Made by a program: the position numbers and the translations under genes. The notes under the pieces were generated by a model, which worked only from the letters and a program-made list of their open reading frames with translations, searched no databases and was not told the origin of the DNA. A DNA stretch of 64,000 nucleotides, taken from Octopus sinensis (taxonomy: Eukaryota). This document shows, piece by piece, positions 11,567-25,360 of this stretch. The first letter of the stretch is position 1, and each line of letters opens with the position of its first letter. Location of the stretch: positions 38,688,001-38,752,000 of the forward strand of contig NC_043013.1 of NCBI RefSeq assembly GCF_006345805.1, given 5' to 3'.

Positions 11567-13453
11567 TGTAAGGGCAATGATTATATTTAAGCAAGATGCG
11601 CTCATTTTAGATATATCAGATATGAGCACTAACTGTCAATGCTATGTTGATGTTTCATAGTAGTGTTTTTTTCTACTACAGATGAGTATGATATGCGCTG
11701 CTGTATAAATAAGCACTCACAGTAAACTAATGGGAAACGTGTGGAAACTCGTCTCGTGACAGCATTGGATATTCTTAATATATTCGTGCCTCAGAGAAAT
11801 AGTTTTGTTGGTCAAATGAATGGTTCAACCCTTGCCAAATTCTTTGAGGTCAAGATCGATGGTACATAAACACGCGGGTTACAGGTCGTTACGAATATCC
11901 CTTTACCAGTATCCAAAATATCAAAAATGTTATGGTCATAATTTTGATATAATTGATATCAGTCCGGCACATTGCTTGAGTTCTAAGTAATAGCTCATTA
12001 GTTATGCATATTTATGGATACTCCGAGAGGATATATAAGTATTGGCCACCTATAAGTATTCATAGACCAACGTTAGACGAATATGCTTTCAGATGGAGAT
12101 GAAAATTCCGCATAAATTTCTTAATCATTTCATTTAAAGTGACTGTACTCAATTTTCTCTCATCCTTCGTTATGCCATATGAACAGTACCTGATGATTGT
12201 GCCGGGATACCAAACGTTTAAAAAAAAAATGTCTGGCACGCTCTCAGCACATGAAACTGATAGTAGCACATAAAAACATATAACACGTTTATTAAATAAT
12301 ATTTGTATTTGGGCGTGTGTGTGCGTCTGTCTATGTATGTATATATGTTTACATATACATACATATATATATATAATATATGTGTGTATGTGTGTGTGAG
12401 TGTGTGCGGAAACAGAAAGAGAGAAAGAGAAAGAGGGGGAGTGAGAGAGATTCTCAATATAAAAAATACTTAGTATCGCTCAAATGATTTATACTTACAC
12501 TCCGAAACATTTACTGAGGACCAATTCCGGAGGGTAAAATGTGGCTATAAGATGAATCCAGGTAAAAAGATACAGAGATAATAATACCAATAATCAAATA
12601 AACCTAAGCTATTTAGCACTACGTTCGATACCAGCCTATCCAACCCTCTCTCACTCTCTGCCCCCTCCCTCTATTTACTCCCACACATTTCTACATTCCT
12701 CAGTATTCTTCACCCGACACCAACTCACCTTCATTTTCTGAATTTCTCCTTCCCCACTCTACTAGCATCTATAACTGGAGGATCTCTCCCCCTTTAATAC
12801 TCACCCCTCCCTTTTCTCATTTTCCCCTTAGTTTTGTAGCTCCACATTTCTAAATTTTAAACACTATTCTGAAACCTTACAACCATAACGAAACTTCAAA
12901 CACTAGCTACCAAAACCCCTTCCAACTATCCCCCAACTCCTACTTCTACTTCTCTCAACACCCTGGTCCCTCATTCCTCCTCTTCCTGAACTTGCTTTCT
13001 TATCTCTTCTTATCCATCCTTGCTTCAACACTACCCACACCCTATCGATCTTCCTACTTCCCTTGACTACTGCTTACCATCTTCTTGACCCAATATATTT
13101 AAAAATTTCCCTAGATTATGATTCGAAATGCTGGAGTTTATTTTCTCCCCCTTCACGACGGAGGCCGGAACTACCCAATATTTATTTGATTCCATTCCTA
13201 GTTGCATATTTTAGTGAACTATATATGCTAGCATTGTGAAGTAACTCTGAGCCCCTAGAAACAGCTGTATGACTTGCAACACAGTACCTTCTCGCCGTCA
13301 AGTTTCATTGCTATTGTATTCTGTGCAAGTTTTCTCTGTTACTATATTGCTGTCTATATATTTTTACTTGAATATTAATCGTATGAAGTTTTTTAGTTTT
13401 TGCTTGCTTTTTTAGATGTATGCACGCACACACACACACACACACACACATAC

Positions 13454-13491
<38 letters not shown>

Positions 13492-14517
13492 AATCGAAGT
13501 AGTTTCTTCGTTCAGTTGCATCACTCTCTTTCTCGTACATAGATACATACATACACACACATACATATATATACACACATACATACATACATACATACAT
13601 AAATACATACATACATACATACATACATACTCCCGATTGGCGCCTAAACAGATACCGCCTACAAAGAAGATCGAAACAGATACTGTCCAACGTAAAGCTA
13701 TTGTAGGAAGCATGTGTTCAAACAACCTCTTTTGCTCACTCTGATCAAATGATTTGAAATCTAATTACCGTTTAATGAAAATTAATAATCCTTTACTCAC
13801 CAATATAGGAATTACAGAAACACACACACACACGCACATATAGAAACACGCACGCATATGCGCACATGCATGCATACACTTCCACATACATGCAAACACA
13901 CACACAAGCACATATGAACCACCCTAAAACATCTAAACTTTATTGAATCAAACTCCGCTGGGACCACGCATATTCGCGCGCTACACAAATCAGAGTCATA
14001 CTAAATTCACTGCAAAACGCATTGCTCTAGTTAACATTATCACCCAAAATACCAAATTGGAAGACATCTTTTCATTGGACACCAGATAAGCTATCTCTAC
14101 CTGGACATATTTCAGCAACAGTATATCCCTACTTGGATGGACCATGGTCAAACACAAGACTTAAAGATGATTTAACATTGGTATAAGGCGGACATGGCCG
14201 GGGACAATATGAATGAACCAGGTTGTGACGACATTCATTGAAGCACTATCGGCTTCGTTATTTTACCAAATTCATTTGGCCCAAACTGTAAAAGAATGCG
14301 AACTAGCTACTGTCACGTTTGAAGATTGTCCTAATACCTATTCAGCATAATGTGTCTTTCGTAACGTAAACCAAATTCTAAAGAATAATGTAAAATACTC
14401 TTTAGAAATAATTCTTCGACGTGCGCTATTGTCAAATCATATGTAATATATTGTGTGTATTGTATATATATATATATACATATAAATATATATATATCTA
14501 TATATATGTATGTATAT

Positions 14518-14570
<53 letters not shown>

Positions 14571-14612
14571 ATATATATATATATATATATGTATGTATAC
14601 ATATATATATAA

Positions 14613-14657
<45 letters not shown>

Positions 14658-15792
14658 TATATATATGTATATGTATATATGCAGTGTATATAAATGTGCC
14701 TATGGACGAAGTATTATAAATGTATAATGTATAGAACAAAAACATCGTATACATTTACGTAAACATTTTCTTTGCTCATTAATCGTTCGATGTTGCTTTG
14801 TGCCAACTTAAAGTAGCGTTACATTTTTAGTGAGCCCCATTAACATGCAACTTGATCACAAAACCATAAATCATATACATTCACCCTAAAACGCCATTTT
14901 GAAATATTCAACCCTTTCATTATTGACCTTTATAATGGCTCCTATATATCAAGGTCAAACACTGACCTATCTTTACTTCTCATATTTTTCTTTTACATAC
15001 AAAATCATACTCTTAGAGCATTGACAAGCATCAACTTCGAATACATTCTTACGCTACCAAAAAAAAAAAAATTGAAAAATATCAGAAAGAATGCTTTCTT
15101 CGGTATGTAAGAGCTTAAGTAAGTTTTTTGACCTCTTGGCCGTTTTATTTTTCACTCAACTTCTCAATATAATAATGATATTAATTCATAATGGGTATGG
15201 AAACATTTCTTAAACTACCTATGAATACTGATGCGGAATAAAGTTTAAGTTCATGAGAAATCCACCCAAGTTTCTCTTCAGCATAGTGTACCCGTCACGT
15301 GTTCACCCTGAATTAGGCATAATTAATGCATTCATAAAGAAAAATGATAGGAATGTTTTTTCTGATATATACTTACAACCGCCAACGTTGTCCATAAAAC
15401 ATAAGTGAGAATTACACACAGACACACACATTCTCTCTCTCGCATACAAACGCACTCACTCACACACACACAAACATTATAAATATGTATGTGTGTCTGT
15501 ATGTCTGTGTGTGTTTGTGTTTGTGAGTTTGCTTCTTTGGGCATGTATGTAAGTGTCTGCATATGCGAGTATGTGTTTATGATTATATCTAACCATCTAT
15601 TCACACTAACACAGACACAATCATATTGTTGGAAGTGTGGCATCTTTACTGTGTGTTTCTGATGAACTGAACCTCAGGACAATAGTCCATGTATCTTCAA
15701 CACTAATTTACTAATTTATATATTGAATACTTTTTTCTTGTTTTAAAGAAGAATATGGTGAATATACATTCATACATACAAAGATATATATA

Positions 15793-17366
15793 CACTGGCG
15801 AAAATAAATTTAAGACCGGTGATAAAAGTTCTATTTTTTACAAAATATTTTGTTACTAACACCATACAAATTATTTCTATCTTTTACACCTTATGCATAA
15901 TTTATTTCTCTTTCGAATGATGCAGACAATAACTATTTTTTATATAACTTGAAGAATTCTAATGCTAAATTAATATAAACCTTTTAAATCTACCGGCAAA
16001 ATTATTTTCAGGCCGTATCATTATAATTTTATTGAAAGCTTAAGATTGTACAAAAATGAGCAACAAGAACTAAATACATATTAGTACTTTGTGCCGTAGC
16101 CTTGATTCTTAATAACGGCTGAACAACGCCTGGTTATTGAATACGCTACGTGATCACAAAATTCTATGGGAATGCTTTGCCTTATTTCATTGATATAATC
16201 GTATAATTATTTTAGATTAGATGTTTTTTTAGTATGGACGTCTTTGGAAATATAATTCCACAAGTTCTCGATCGGATTCAGGTCTGGGTTCTGGGGAGGC
16301 CATTCGATTACGTCAATATTATGGTGATCAATAGATTCCAGAACAATTTTGGCGTTGTGCACAGGACTATTGTCGTGCTGATAAATAGCTCGCGGAGGTA
16401 TTTGGTAAGTTAAATATGGCACAACATTAGCCTTTAGTAGATTCATATAACCAACATTATTTAGCTTTCCATCAACTTTAACTAGAGGACCAACAACAAA
16501 GCTACTAAGTGCCGCCCACACCATCACACCCCATCCCCGCTTGCACCCTTTTTTTACGTATTTCAGATGCGTGACTTGTCACTCCAAAGAACCCTGCACC
16601 AATCTTCGGCAGTCCATTGAGCATGACTTTTTGCGAAATTAAGGCGTTTGAGTGGACTTCTTTCGGTTATTAATGGCTTTTTCCTAGCGATTCGTTCATG
16701 TAATCCAAATTCTCTCAACCGGTTGCGGACGGTTTGTGGTCTAAAAATAACACCATTCTCGTTAGACAATTGTTTACAAATGTCAACAGCTGTCAGTTTT
16801 CGGTTGCCTTCCGAAAGTCGGTGGATTCGACGGTTCAACTGAACCGTGGTTTTTCTTGAAGCGCCAGTCTTTTGCCGATCTTTATATTGACCAGTCTCCG
16901 AGTATAATTTCCACGCTTGCACACAAACCGTTTTACTGCACTTTAGTTGCTTGTTGATGTTCGAAAAGGAAACTTTTTGCTGGTGGAATAATACGATTTT
17001 TGTTCTCGTGACTGGACTGAATCTACGATGTTTTCCCATTATTAATCAAGTGTATAATAATTTTAAATTATAACACTATATAGTGCAGTTAGGCTAGTTG
17101 TGGGACCACCTATTTTGGCAAAAACAATTTGCATACATATTACATGGTCTTAAACTAATTTTGCCGGTAAATTTAACACGTTTATATTAATTTAGCATTA
17201 GAATTCTTCAAGTTGTATAAAAATAGTTATTGTCTGCATCATTTGAAAGAGAAATAAATACTGCATAAGATGTAAAACAGAGAAATAATTTGTATGGTGT
17301 TAGTAACAAAATATTTTGTAAAAAATAGAACTTTTATCATCGGTCTTAAATTTATTTTCGGCAGTG
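15793..17366 (-). mobile_element. Tc1-family (DD34E) DNA transposon, full-length but mutated
   Basis: TA on both sides (15791-92, 17367-68); ends cactggcgaaaataaatttaagacc / ggtcttaaatttattttcggcagtg; inverted repeats extend ~210-220 bp; transposase remnants inside. Confidence 0.95.
16081..17039 (-). pseudogene. Tc1 transposase pseudogene
   Basis: ORF 16563-17039 (HTH region, ARKKP, W..VLWSDK) and 16207-16527 (YQHDNSPVH, WPPQNPDLNPIENLW; 34 residues between D and E); tail ...RRCSAVIKNQGYGTKY* ends at 16081; broken by stops and frameshifts. Confidence 0.92.
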
Positions 17367-17576
17367 TATATACATATATATATACCAAAAATGCTCTCCC
17401 ATGGTTTTGAAGCGCAAAAAAAAGGAAAAATTGGCCAAAATAGGTCCGGAGTGAGATAATGAGAGAGGGGGTGGGCTTAAGAATCAGAGTTTGCAAAAGT
17501 TTTTCATTTTATGTATATTTTATTAATTGTTTGCAATGTTTTCTCTCTATGTCCGCCATTTACCAGTGTAAAATTG

Positions 17577-17672
17577 TCTTCTTCTTCTTCTTCTTCTTCT
17601 TCTTCTTCTTCTTCTTCTTCTTCTTCTTCTTCTTCTTCTTCTTCTTCTTCTTCTTCTTCTTCTTCTTCTTCT
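17577..17672. repeat. (TTC)n microsatellite
   Basis: Direct inspection; source of poly-F/S/E pseudo-ORFs. Confidence 0.97.
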
Positions 17673-17954
17673 TTACTTTTAATCTGCATATTTGTTACAA
17701 TCACTTGCTGAGACACACCAAGCACCCTAGGGCGAGTGAAGTTCAAGAGATGTTACAATACGACTGAAAACTTGGGGAGGAGAATTGGCAGAGGCAGTAA
17801 CGAAATACCTTCATGTAGTACATCGCAGACATTTAAATGGATAGCGTTTTTCTAAGTATGTTGGCAATAAGTGCCCGCATAATCTTTTGGATTTCTCTGA
17901 GACATGGTTCTCCTGAGATTTTAACTAGATGTTTCTGATATCCCTTTATCCAGT

Positions 17955-17981
17955 ATTGGTAGTAGTATTAGTATTAGTATT

Positions 17982-18036
<55 letters not shown>

Positions 18037-18048
18037 GTAGTAGTAGTA

Positions 18049-18081
<33 letters not shown>

Positions 18082-18082
18082 C
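17955..18082. repeat. compound (TAG/TAT/TAG)n microsatellite
   Basis: Direct inspection. Confidence 0.95.
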
Positions 18083-19428
18083 AGAACGTTAGTATAGCTG
18101 TTGCTGTATAAAGAGACAATGCACTCATAGCCTTTGGAGTACATACATCTGTACAGCTTCCAGACGATATCTTGTGAATGAAGTTAATTCTGTTTTCGTA
18201 CCGATGTTCGATTTCCATCGAAGTTCACCTGATTGTCATCAATCTACGGTCAATACATAAACATATTCCATATATTTGGGTGCTATTTTGGTAGCATGTT
18301 CACTTCTTCTTACAAATGTTTTGGAATTGTGTCAATGTCCGAAACCATTATTGCATATTTCATATCATTCTTTAGAACGAATCACAGAAGTCTATTATAG
18401 AAGCTGGAATTTCGAAATGCATTTCCGTATTTGGTGCTTCTGTATCTTGGAAAGTTCTCTCAAAACAAGTCTACCTATTACCATTTCGCATTAGTACTAC
18501 CATATTTAGTAGATTACAGTTTTTCTTTCTTTTTCTTTTTTCTTTGTAAGAGGATAAAGAAGGGAACATTTGATCAATATATATATGCGTGCGCAGGGAA
18601 ATAAATGTAGGTTCGTCTTGTTCGTTGTTTCTTTAAACAAAGATAAAATGATTTCAAACAAGATGTATAACTATGTCACGAGTGTTTCTATTCAAGAAAT
18701 AATTAGTCGTACCACCGTCCTTCTCTCGCTCGCTCTCTCTAATATGTATTAATAAGTAATAAATACTTCATTAGCACATAAAGCCTTACAATATTTCATG
18801 GATTATAAGAGGGAAGAAATCACATTTTACCTTTTGCATTCGGTATTCTGATGTTGGAAATTGGTACATTAATTGAAGCCATTGTAACATCTTATTGTAA
18901 TTTCGATTTTATTCAAAAAGACCACCATCTTTTCTCCCTCCGCTGCACCAACTTTTAAATAAATCATCAGTGTGTATTTATATTGAACTAGGTGAGTGGG
19001 ACAACGATCAATAGTTATGTTACTTTGAGTAGGTATACATATACATTTAATAATTACCGAGTATTTGCGAGAAGACAGACAAAGTGTATCCTCGAAGCTG
19101 TTTGATTCACCAAACATAACCTAAAAGTTATCGGCAAGTGATATTAGCCATAGTAAAGCAGAAGAAATTAAATTAAACTTATACAAATGAATATAACCTG
19201 ATAGTATTGAAAGAATTTTCTGGCACAAAGATTTTGCGATCAGGTTTCAATTCTAATCTAAAGACATTATTTTTAACATTCGATACAGTGTTTGTGAAAA
19301 TTATCATTTTGCAACGAGACATTTTATCAAAAACAAATATGAATGACGTGGAGTGCATGGCAATTGCGATTTATTGCATGAACCAAATAATAGCACTGTA
19401 AATCCACAAATATAAAACGCATCAATCA

Positions 19429-19528
<100 letters not shown>

Positions 19529-19704
19529 GATCGACAAAAAATACTCCATCTACTGTTGGGTAAATAGCTAAAGATTGCTTGGAGACACAGGGTACGTAAT
19601 AAAACCATGCTTAACCACGTTCTTCACAGCAAGAATTACGAGTAGACTTATCTTTATACTGTATTTATTAATGATATATATATATGTTAATATGTATATA
19701 TATG

Positions 19705-19793
<89 letters not shown>

Positions 19794-20092
19794 CATACAT
19801 ACACACACAAAAAGACGTTGACAATGATGGAGGAAGTTATCTTTTAGGAAATATTGGCTGTACAGAACAAGATTCTAGGTAAACTTTCCAGAAATGTAGC
19901 TGCCATTGTAGAAAAAAAATCGACAATAGAAAACAAATAATCGGATAAAAATACAAACGTCTAGAACTGAAAATAAATAAGAACTACAAAAACACAAAGC
20001 TTCAATGCTGCAACCCAATTATTCCTTTAGTAATTTGCTTGTAAAGCTAATTTGCTTCTGAAAGCAATTTTCATGTTCAAAAATAAATATAT

Positions 20093-20125
<33 letters not shown>

Positions 20126-20251
20126 AACACTCATATCTATATATACATACATATAAGTATGTATGTATGTATGTTTGTATGTATGTATATATATATATAT
20201 GAAAGTATAGATATAGACATATATGTACATATATGCATATATATATATGTA

Positions 20252-20310
<59 letters not shown>

Positions 20311-20311
20311 T

Positions 20312-20393
<82 letters not shown>

Positions 20394-20779
20394 ATAAAGA
20401 AAACACGAACAAACCAGTAATATTCTCTTGAGATATGATAATTAATATTTCATGGGCAATTTTGTCCTTTTAAAGACGTAACAAATACAAATAAAAATGA
20501 AGTCTGCGGATTTATATGAAATAGTTAGAAGAGGTATTTCTGACTGCTTTTAGCAAAGCAAAGTTCATCTTCATTTGCAGCTTTTGATTAATATAATCTT
20601 GTTCATTTTCTACGCAGTTCATATTCCGGTCACAAACTCATTTGTTGTAAATCTTTTTTCCCCCACTCTAAATTTCTGCTTCGGCTTGGTCCATCATTCC
20701 AACGATGAATTAGACAAGGAGAGATTTTGCATGAAAAGATTCTAAGAGGAAATGGATTCATAATAGCGAGTAATCCTTC

Positions 20780-20842
<63 letters not shown>

Positions 20843-21338
20843 CACACACACACACACACATACACACACACATACACACACAAACGCGAAGCAAACGAAT
20901 CTGGTGCACAATATATATATGATTTATAATGTAAATTTGATATATATATATATACATACATGTATATATATATATGTATAGAGAGAGAGAGAGAGAGATA
21001 GAGGAGAAAGAGAGGCAGTTAGATAAATAAAGATAAATATCCCTTAACATAAGTAGGCAAATATGCATGCCTATGCATGCGCTCGCGCGCCCACACACGA
21101 AAACACAAAGGCAACAGACACATGTATATATATGTGTATATATATGTGTGTGTGTGTGTGTATACATTTGTGCGTGTGTACGTGTGGATGAATACCTGTT
21201 AGTGTAAGCATTTTTCTGTGCTTCAGCGTGTAATGGAGTTCTGACAATTCCGATAGAGCCATACATAAAACATGCATCTACGTTCCTCCCCCCTCCATTG
21301 TTGCTGAATAGATGCATCAGAGATGAATGCAAGAGTTG

Positions 21339-21442
21339 GTTTCTTCTTCTTCTTCTTCTTCTTCTTCTTCTTCTTCTTCTTCTTCTTCTTCTTTTTCTTC
21401 TTTTTTTCTTCTTCTTCTTCTCTTCTTCTTCTTTCTTTCTTT
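21339..21442. repeat. (TTC)n microsatellite
   Basis: Direct inspection. Confidence 0.95.
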
Positions 21443-22371
21443 CTCCGTCTTTTTCCACTGTTCTTACCATAAGCCAATTGGATATTGCTAAACGTGTCTA
21501 GAATAGCATCCGCTAATTTCAGTGTTTACTGTTGTAATAAATGCTTTAACGAATATCAACGATGCTTGATAAATATTTTATTTTTATCTTTAGAATTAAA
21601 ACGATGAAAAGCCAACTGACAATATTGCTTTCATCTCAAACGATTAAGCATTTAATTTATGAACAGATTATTTTTAGGCTCCAACAATATAGTATTTTCG
21701 CTAATTCCAGTAAAATATGTCATTACATTGTATTTATAATTTTTACTGCTTATAGACTTTTATTTCGCTTTCTATTTCGTTTTACTGTTAATATTTTACT
21801 GTTTCTTTATTTTACTTAATTTCATACAGCACCGAGGTCAGTTCAAATCTAGGAAAGTTCTCTCAAAAGTAGTCTACCTATCGCCATATTGCATTAGTCA
21901 GACAGCAATCAGGAGTTTAATCCTGTATAGGTCCTTTTGTTTTGCAAGTCGCTAGCTTGAAATTTAAGAGTTATTCGGCTGCTATTTCTATTTGATTGAA
22001 GCTCCCATGGTTTTTTAGTAGCGTCGTTGCTGCTTCTACTTTTTTCTTCTTTTTCCAATCAGGACTCACGCCATTAGCCACAAAGAATAATCTGTAATTC
22101 GAGCCTACTCTAAGCTTCTAAGAGTGCGTGTGGCAACTTGAAGATCCACCCACTACACTCGATAGACTGGTGGTTGCACGGGTGCGAAAGCTACGTTGTT
22201 ATTTTCATTCCATAAACGGTGGCTTTTTAACGGTTAGAGAGCTGAACCATCCCTGGGTACAGATGATTCGCAATCTAGACTAGGGTCTGAAAGTTTACCA
22301 CACTATATTGGGTTACACAATGGTTCCTCTGCTTTGTGGCAGAAGTAGGAATAAAGAGTGATAGAAAGTTG

Positions 22372-22586
22372 TGAGGCTAAACACAGAGAGGACAAACAAG
22401 GACAGACAAACGGATTAAGTCGATAGCATCGACCCTAGTGCGTAACTGGTACTTAACTAATCGACCCCGAAAGGATGAAAGGCAATGTCGACCTCGGCGG
22501 AATTTGAAACTCAGAACGTAACGGCAGATAAAATACGGCTAAGCATTTCGCCCGGCTTGCTAACGTTTCTGCCAGCTCGCCGCCTT
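22372..22586 (-). mobile_element. SINE family C
   Basis: Matches the 6088-6306 unit. Confidence 0.88.
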
Positions 22587-23589
22587 CATAACGATATAGA
22601 AGAAGACTATGTTTTCTTCAGATAGAGTTTATGTAGAATGCATTAAACAAGATACCCATTTTCTTCTAAAAGCATACTTTTATTGGAGGGTGATCTGGTT
22701 GTTATTTCCAGCTAGGGAAGTGGCAAAGTGCTAGGCTCATTGCAACAGTGACGAGGTTTTATATACAAAACTTTTACAAAGTTTCAGGTGTGCCACTCAG
22801 CAACACTTTTCAGTTGGCTCTTCACTGTGCCACTCTAATTAAGAAACCCAATGCAGTAAACTGCTTTGGACGCGTTAAAGAAAATTCCAGCCATATCTTC
22901 TAACGAAAACTAAACATAGAATAAAATTAACGAAGTCTCAAAAGCCTGAAATCAATTACGGTAAAATTCCTGAAAAAGGGAAAGGAATGCGCTTTCTAAG
23001 ATATGAAGAACTTGTGTGAATATAAACAAAATTCATTATTTACACGAACTTGTACTTTGTATGATTGGAAATATAGAACCATGCATGTTTTGATAGTAAA
23101 GCAAGAAAAATCAATTTGAAAACTGAATTACTACGATTAGAGTAAGAGGTTTTTCTGTAGAAATACCAAACACCAGCAGCCGAAGTTTGTTTTCAATTAT
23201 CCATATTGTAGCAAACACTGCTCTTCATCTGCAGCTCAACGCTTAAGTCGATGCTTGTAGCCTTAAAGGTCAATACATAAGCCCAGCAAGATTGAAGTTG
23301 TGAGGCTTCTGGGAATTGAAATATAAACACACATACACAGCCATTGCACATATTATAGACATTTGTACATACATACAAGTAAGTAAGTATGTATGCATAT
23401 ATGCCTGCTTATATATGTGTATATGTTTATATGTATACAGACGCATGCATGCAAAGGAAAAAAGTGCATTTTGTTAAATGAATAAAGTTAGGAAGAAATA
23501 ATTGCTTCATGTGTGCTGCGAGGCGAAATTAAGAAAGAACACCTCCACAAGATTTGTATATATATCACAGTTTTAATTTTACTATGATT

Positions 23590-23925
23590 TTTTATTTGTC
23601 ACAGTGATTAGATTGCGGCCATGCTGGAGTAGAACATTGAAGGGTGTAGTCGAACAAACAAGCTCCAACAAATACTTTTTAAAAGCATAGTACTTATCTT
23701 ATAATTGTCTTTTCTCAAACTCCTGGCACAAGCAAAGCAATATCGGTCATCATGAGACGATGGACAAATACAAATAAATGGGCTCACACACATTTGAGGC
23801 TTCAACACAAATTTTTCGTCTAACAATTTCACTCAAGACCTTGGTCAGTTTGCCCAATGTGCTGCACAGTGGGACTGAACCCGCAGCCATGTGGTTGAGA
23901 ATCAAGCTCAGTAACCATATGTCCA
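23590..23925 (-). mobile_element. Degraded SINE family B with central deletion
   Basis: gattgcggccatgctggag tail and cagtgggactgaacccgcagccatgtggttg head. Confidence 0.7.
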
Positions 23926-24350
23926 TATCTTCTAGAATATATATTTACGGATTTATATCGGTTATTACGTCTCAAATATTCATGGTTAGTGCAATATTGC
24001 ATATCCTTCCCTTTATATGCCAAATTCAATGTTAGATGGCCGTTAAAAATAAACTGAGAATTGAAACATTTGGATGATGGTGGCAGTCAATATTCCGATA
24101 GATTTATGGGAGTGATTTTCCATTTGTTTCACCGCAACTCGTGGCATATGTCTCACTGCTTTTGCGATGATGCCAGAGGGTTGGAAATCAGAATACATAA
24201 AGTCAGAGAAGCACTGTGAGCATCGAGTTGGACATTCTAAGAATTGTACAATCCAAAGCCCTGAGCAGTTACATATTTATTGACTCCGCAAGGGTGAAGT
24301 GTCAAAGTGGCCTCTGCTGCATGTAAACTAAGAGATCAGAGAATCAGAGC

Positions 24351-24595
24351 AAACGCGCACTGAACATCTGCCGCTCATGCGCCTTCTTCACCAGGTACGT
24401 AGATGACATTCTCATACTCACATCCTCCGGTGAAGAGGCTGACAGAATATTCACAACGTTCAATAACATGGATATGAACATAAAGCGACTCCATCTAAGA
24501 ATATCTGAAGAAGGAATTTTATTCCGAAATATTATCAGACTATGGATGACTAAATTATGTTGCATTGTTGTACCATTCAAAGCTTTTATTATATA
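24351..24595 (+). mobile_element. Penelope-like retroelement fragment: RT motif joined to a hammerhead-bearing terminus
   Basis: Frame of 24351-24485 reads KRALNICRSCAFFTRYVDDILILTSSGEEADRIFTTFNNMDMNIK (YVDD at 24396-24407); CTGAAGA-A-GGAAT-TTT-ATTCC-GAAA follows at 24505-24529. Confidence 0.7.
24501..24535 (+). ncRNA. minimal type-I hammerhead motif
   Basis: Canonical CUGANGA and GAAA, perfect 5-bp stem II, palindromic ATAT stem III; stem I only 2 bp, so probably decayed. Confidence 0.5.
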
Positions 24596-25309
24596 TATAT
24601 ATGTATGTATGTATGAATACAAAATGGGACAAGAACACAAAGCATACAGATAGACGATACAGAAATCACGGACGGGTCATTCGAAGCCTTTAATCTTCGG
24701 TCAAGAACTGGATCATCCTATCAATTTTGGCTGATTAATCTTGAGATTGCTCCAATCTGGCCAGCCCTATATACACCTGTCAAAAGTGATATGTGAACCA
24801 GCGACTAAATCTCTAACATATTAATTTAGTTCCACAAGTCGAAGGAGTCATCTATTGATTCTCAGTGGTTATTGACTCCACAATTTCAATGACTGTCATC
24901 TATTATACATATATATATAAACATCTCTGACTCCCCGTTTTCATTCTCCTTTCTTCTCTTTCTTTCTCTCAAATTTTTAACTCTCTCACAGTTTCATTCT
25001 CAGGCTTACTGACATTCCCTACTTTACCAACTCATTTCCTCGTTAGTCCCAAACGTATGTAGAGCTACGTGCATATGTATATGTGTGCCTGTATGCATAC
25101 ATATATAAGTGTGTATGTGTGTGTGAGTGCGTGTGTATGGGTGTATATTATGCAGACACATACACACATGTACAAACACTAACACACATACGCACACACA
25201 TCTGTATATATCTATCTATCTATATATATGTATGTATATATATATATTCTCTATATATCTGTATATATATACATATATATATATATGTATATATATCTAT
25301 ATGTATTTA

Positions 25310-25360
<51 letters not shown>

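Noticed and set aside
15659-15685. CTGATGA-a-ctga/tcag hammerhead-like start
   Set aside because: Followed by GACA rather than GAAA, and no stem I/III.
19058-19120. 63-nt exon-like segment on - (VMFGESNSFEDTLCLSSRKYS)
   Set aside because: Not recognisable and not linkable to any gene model.
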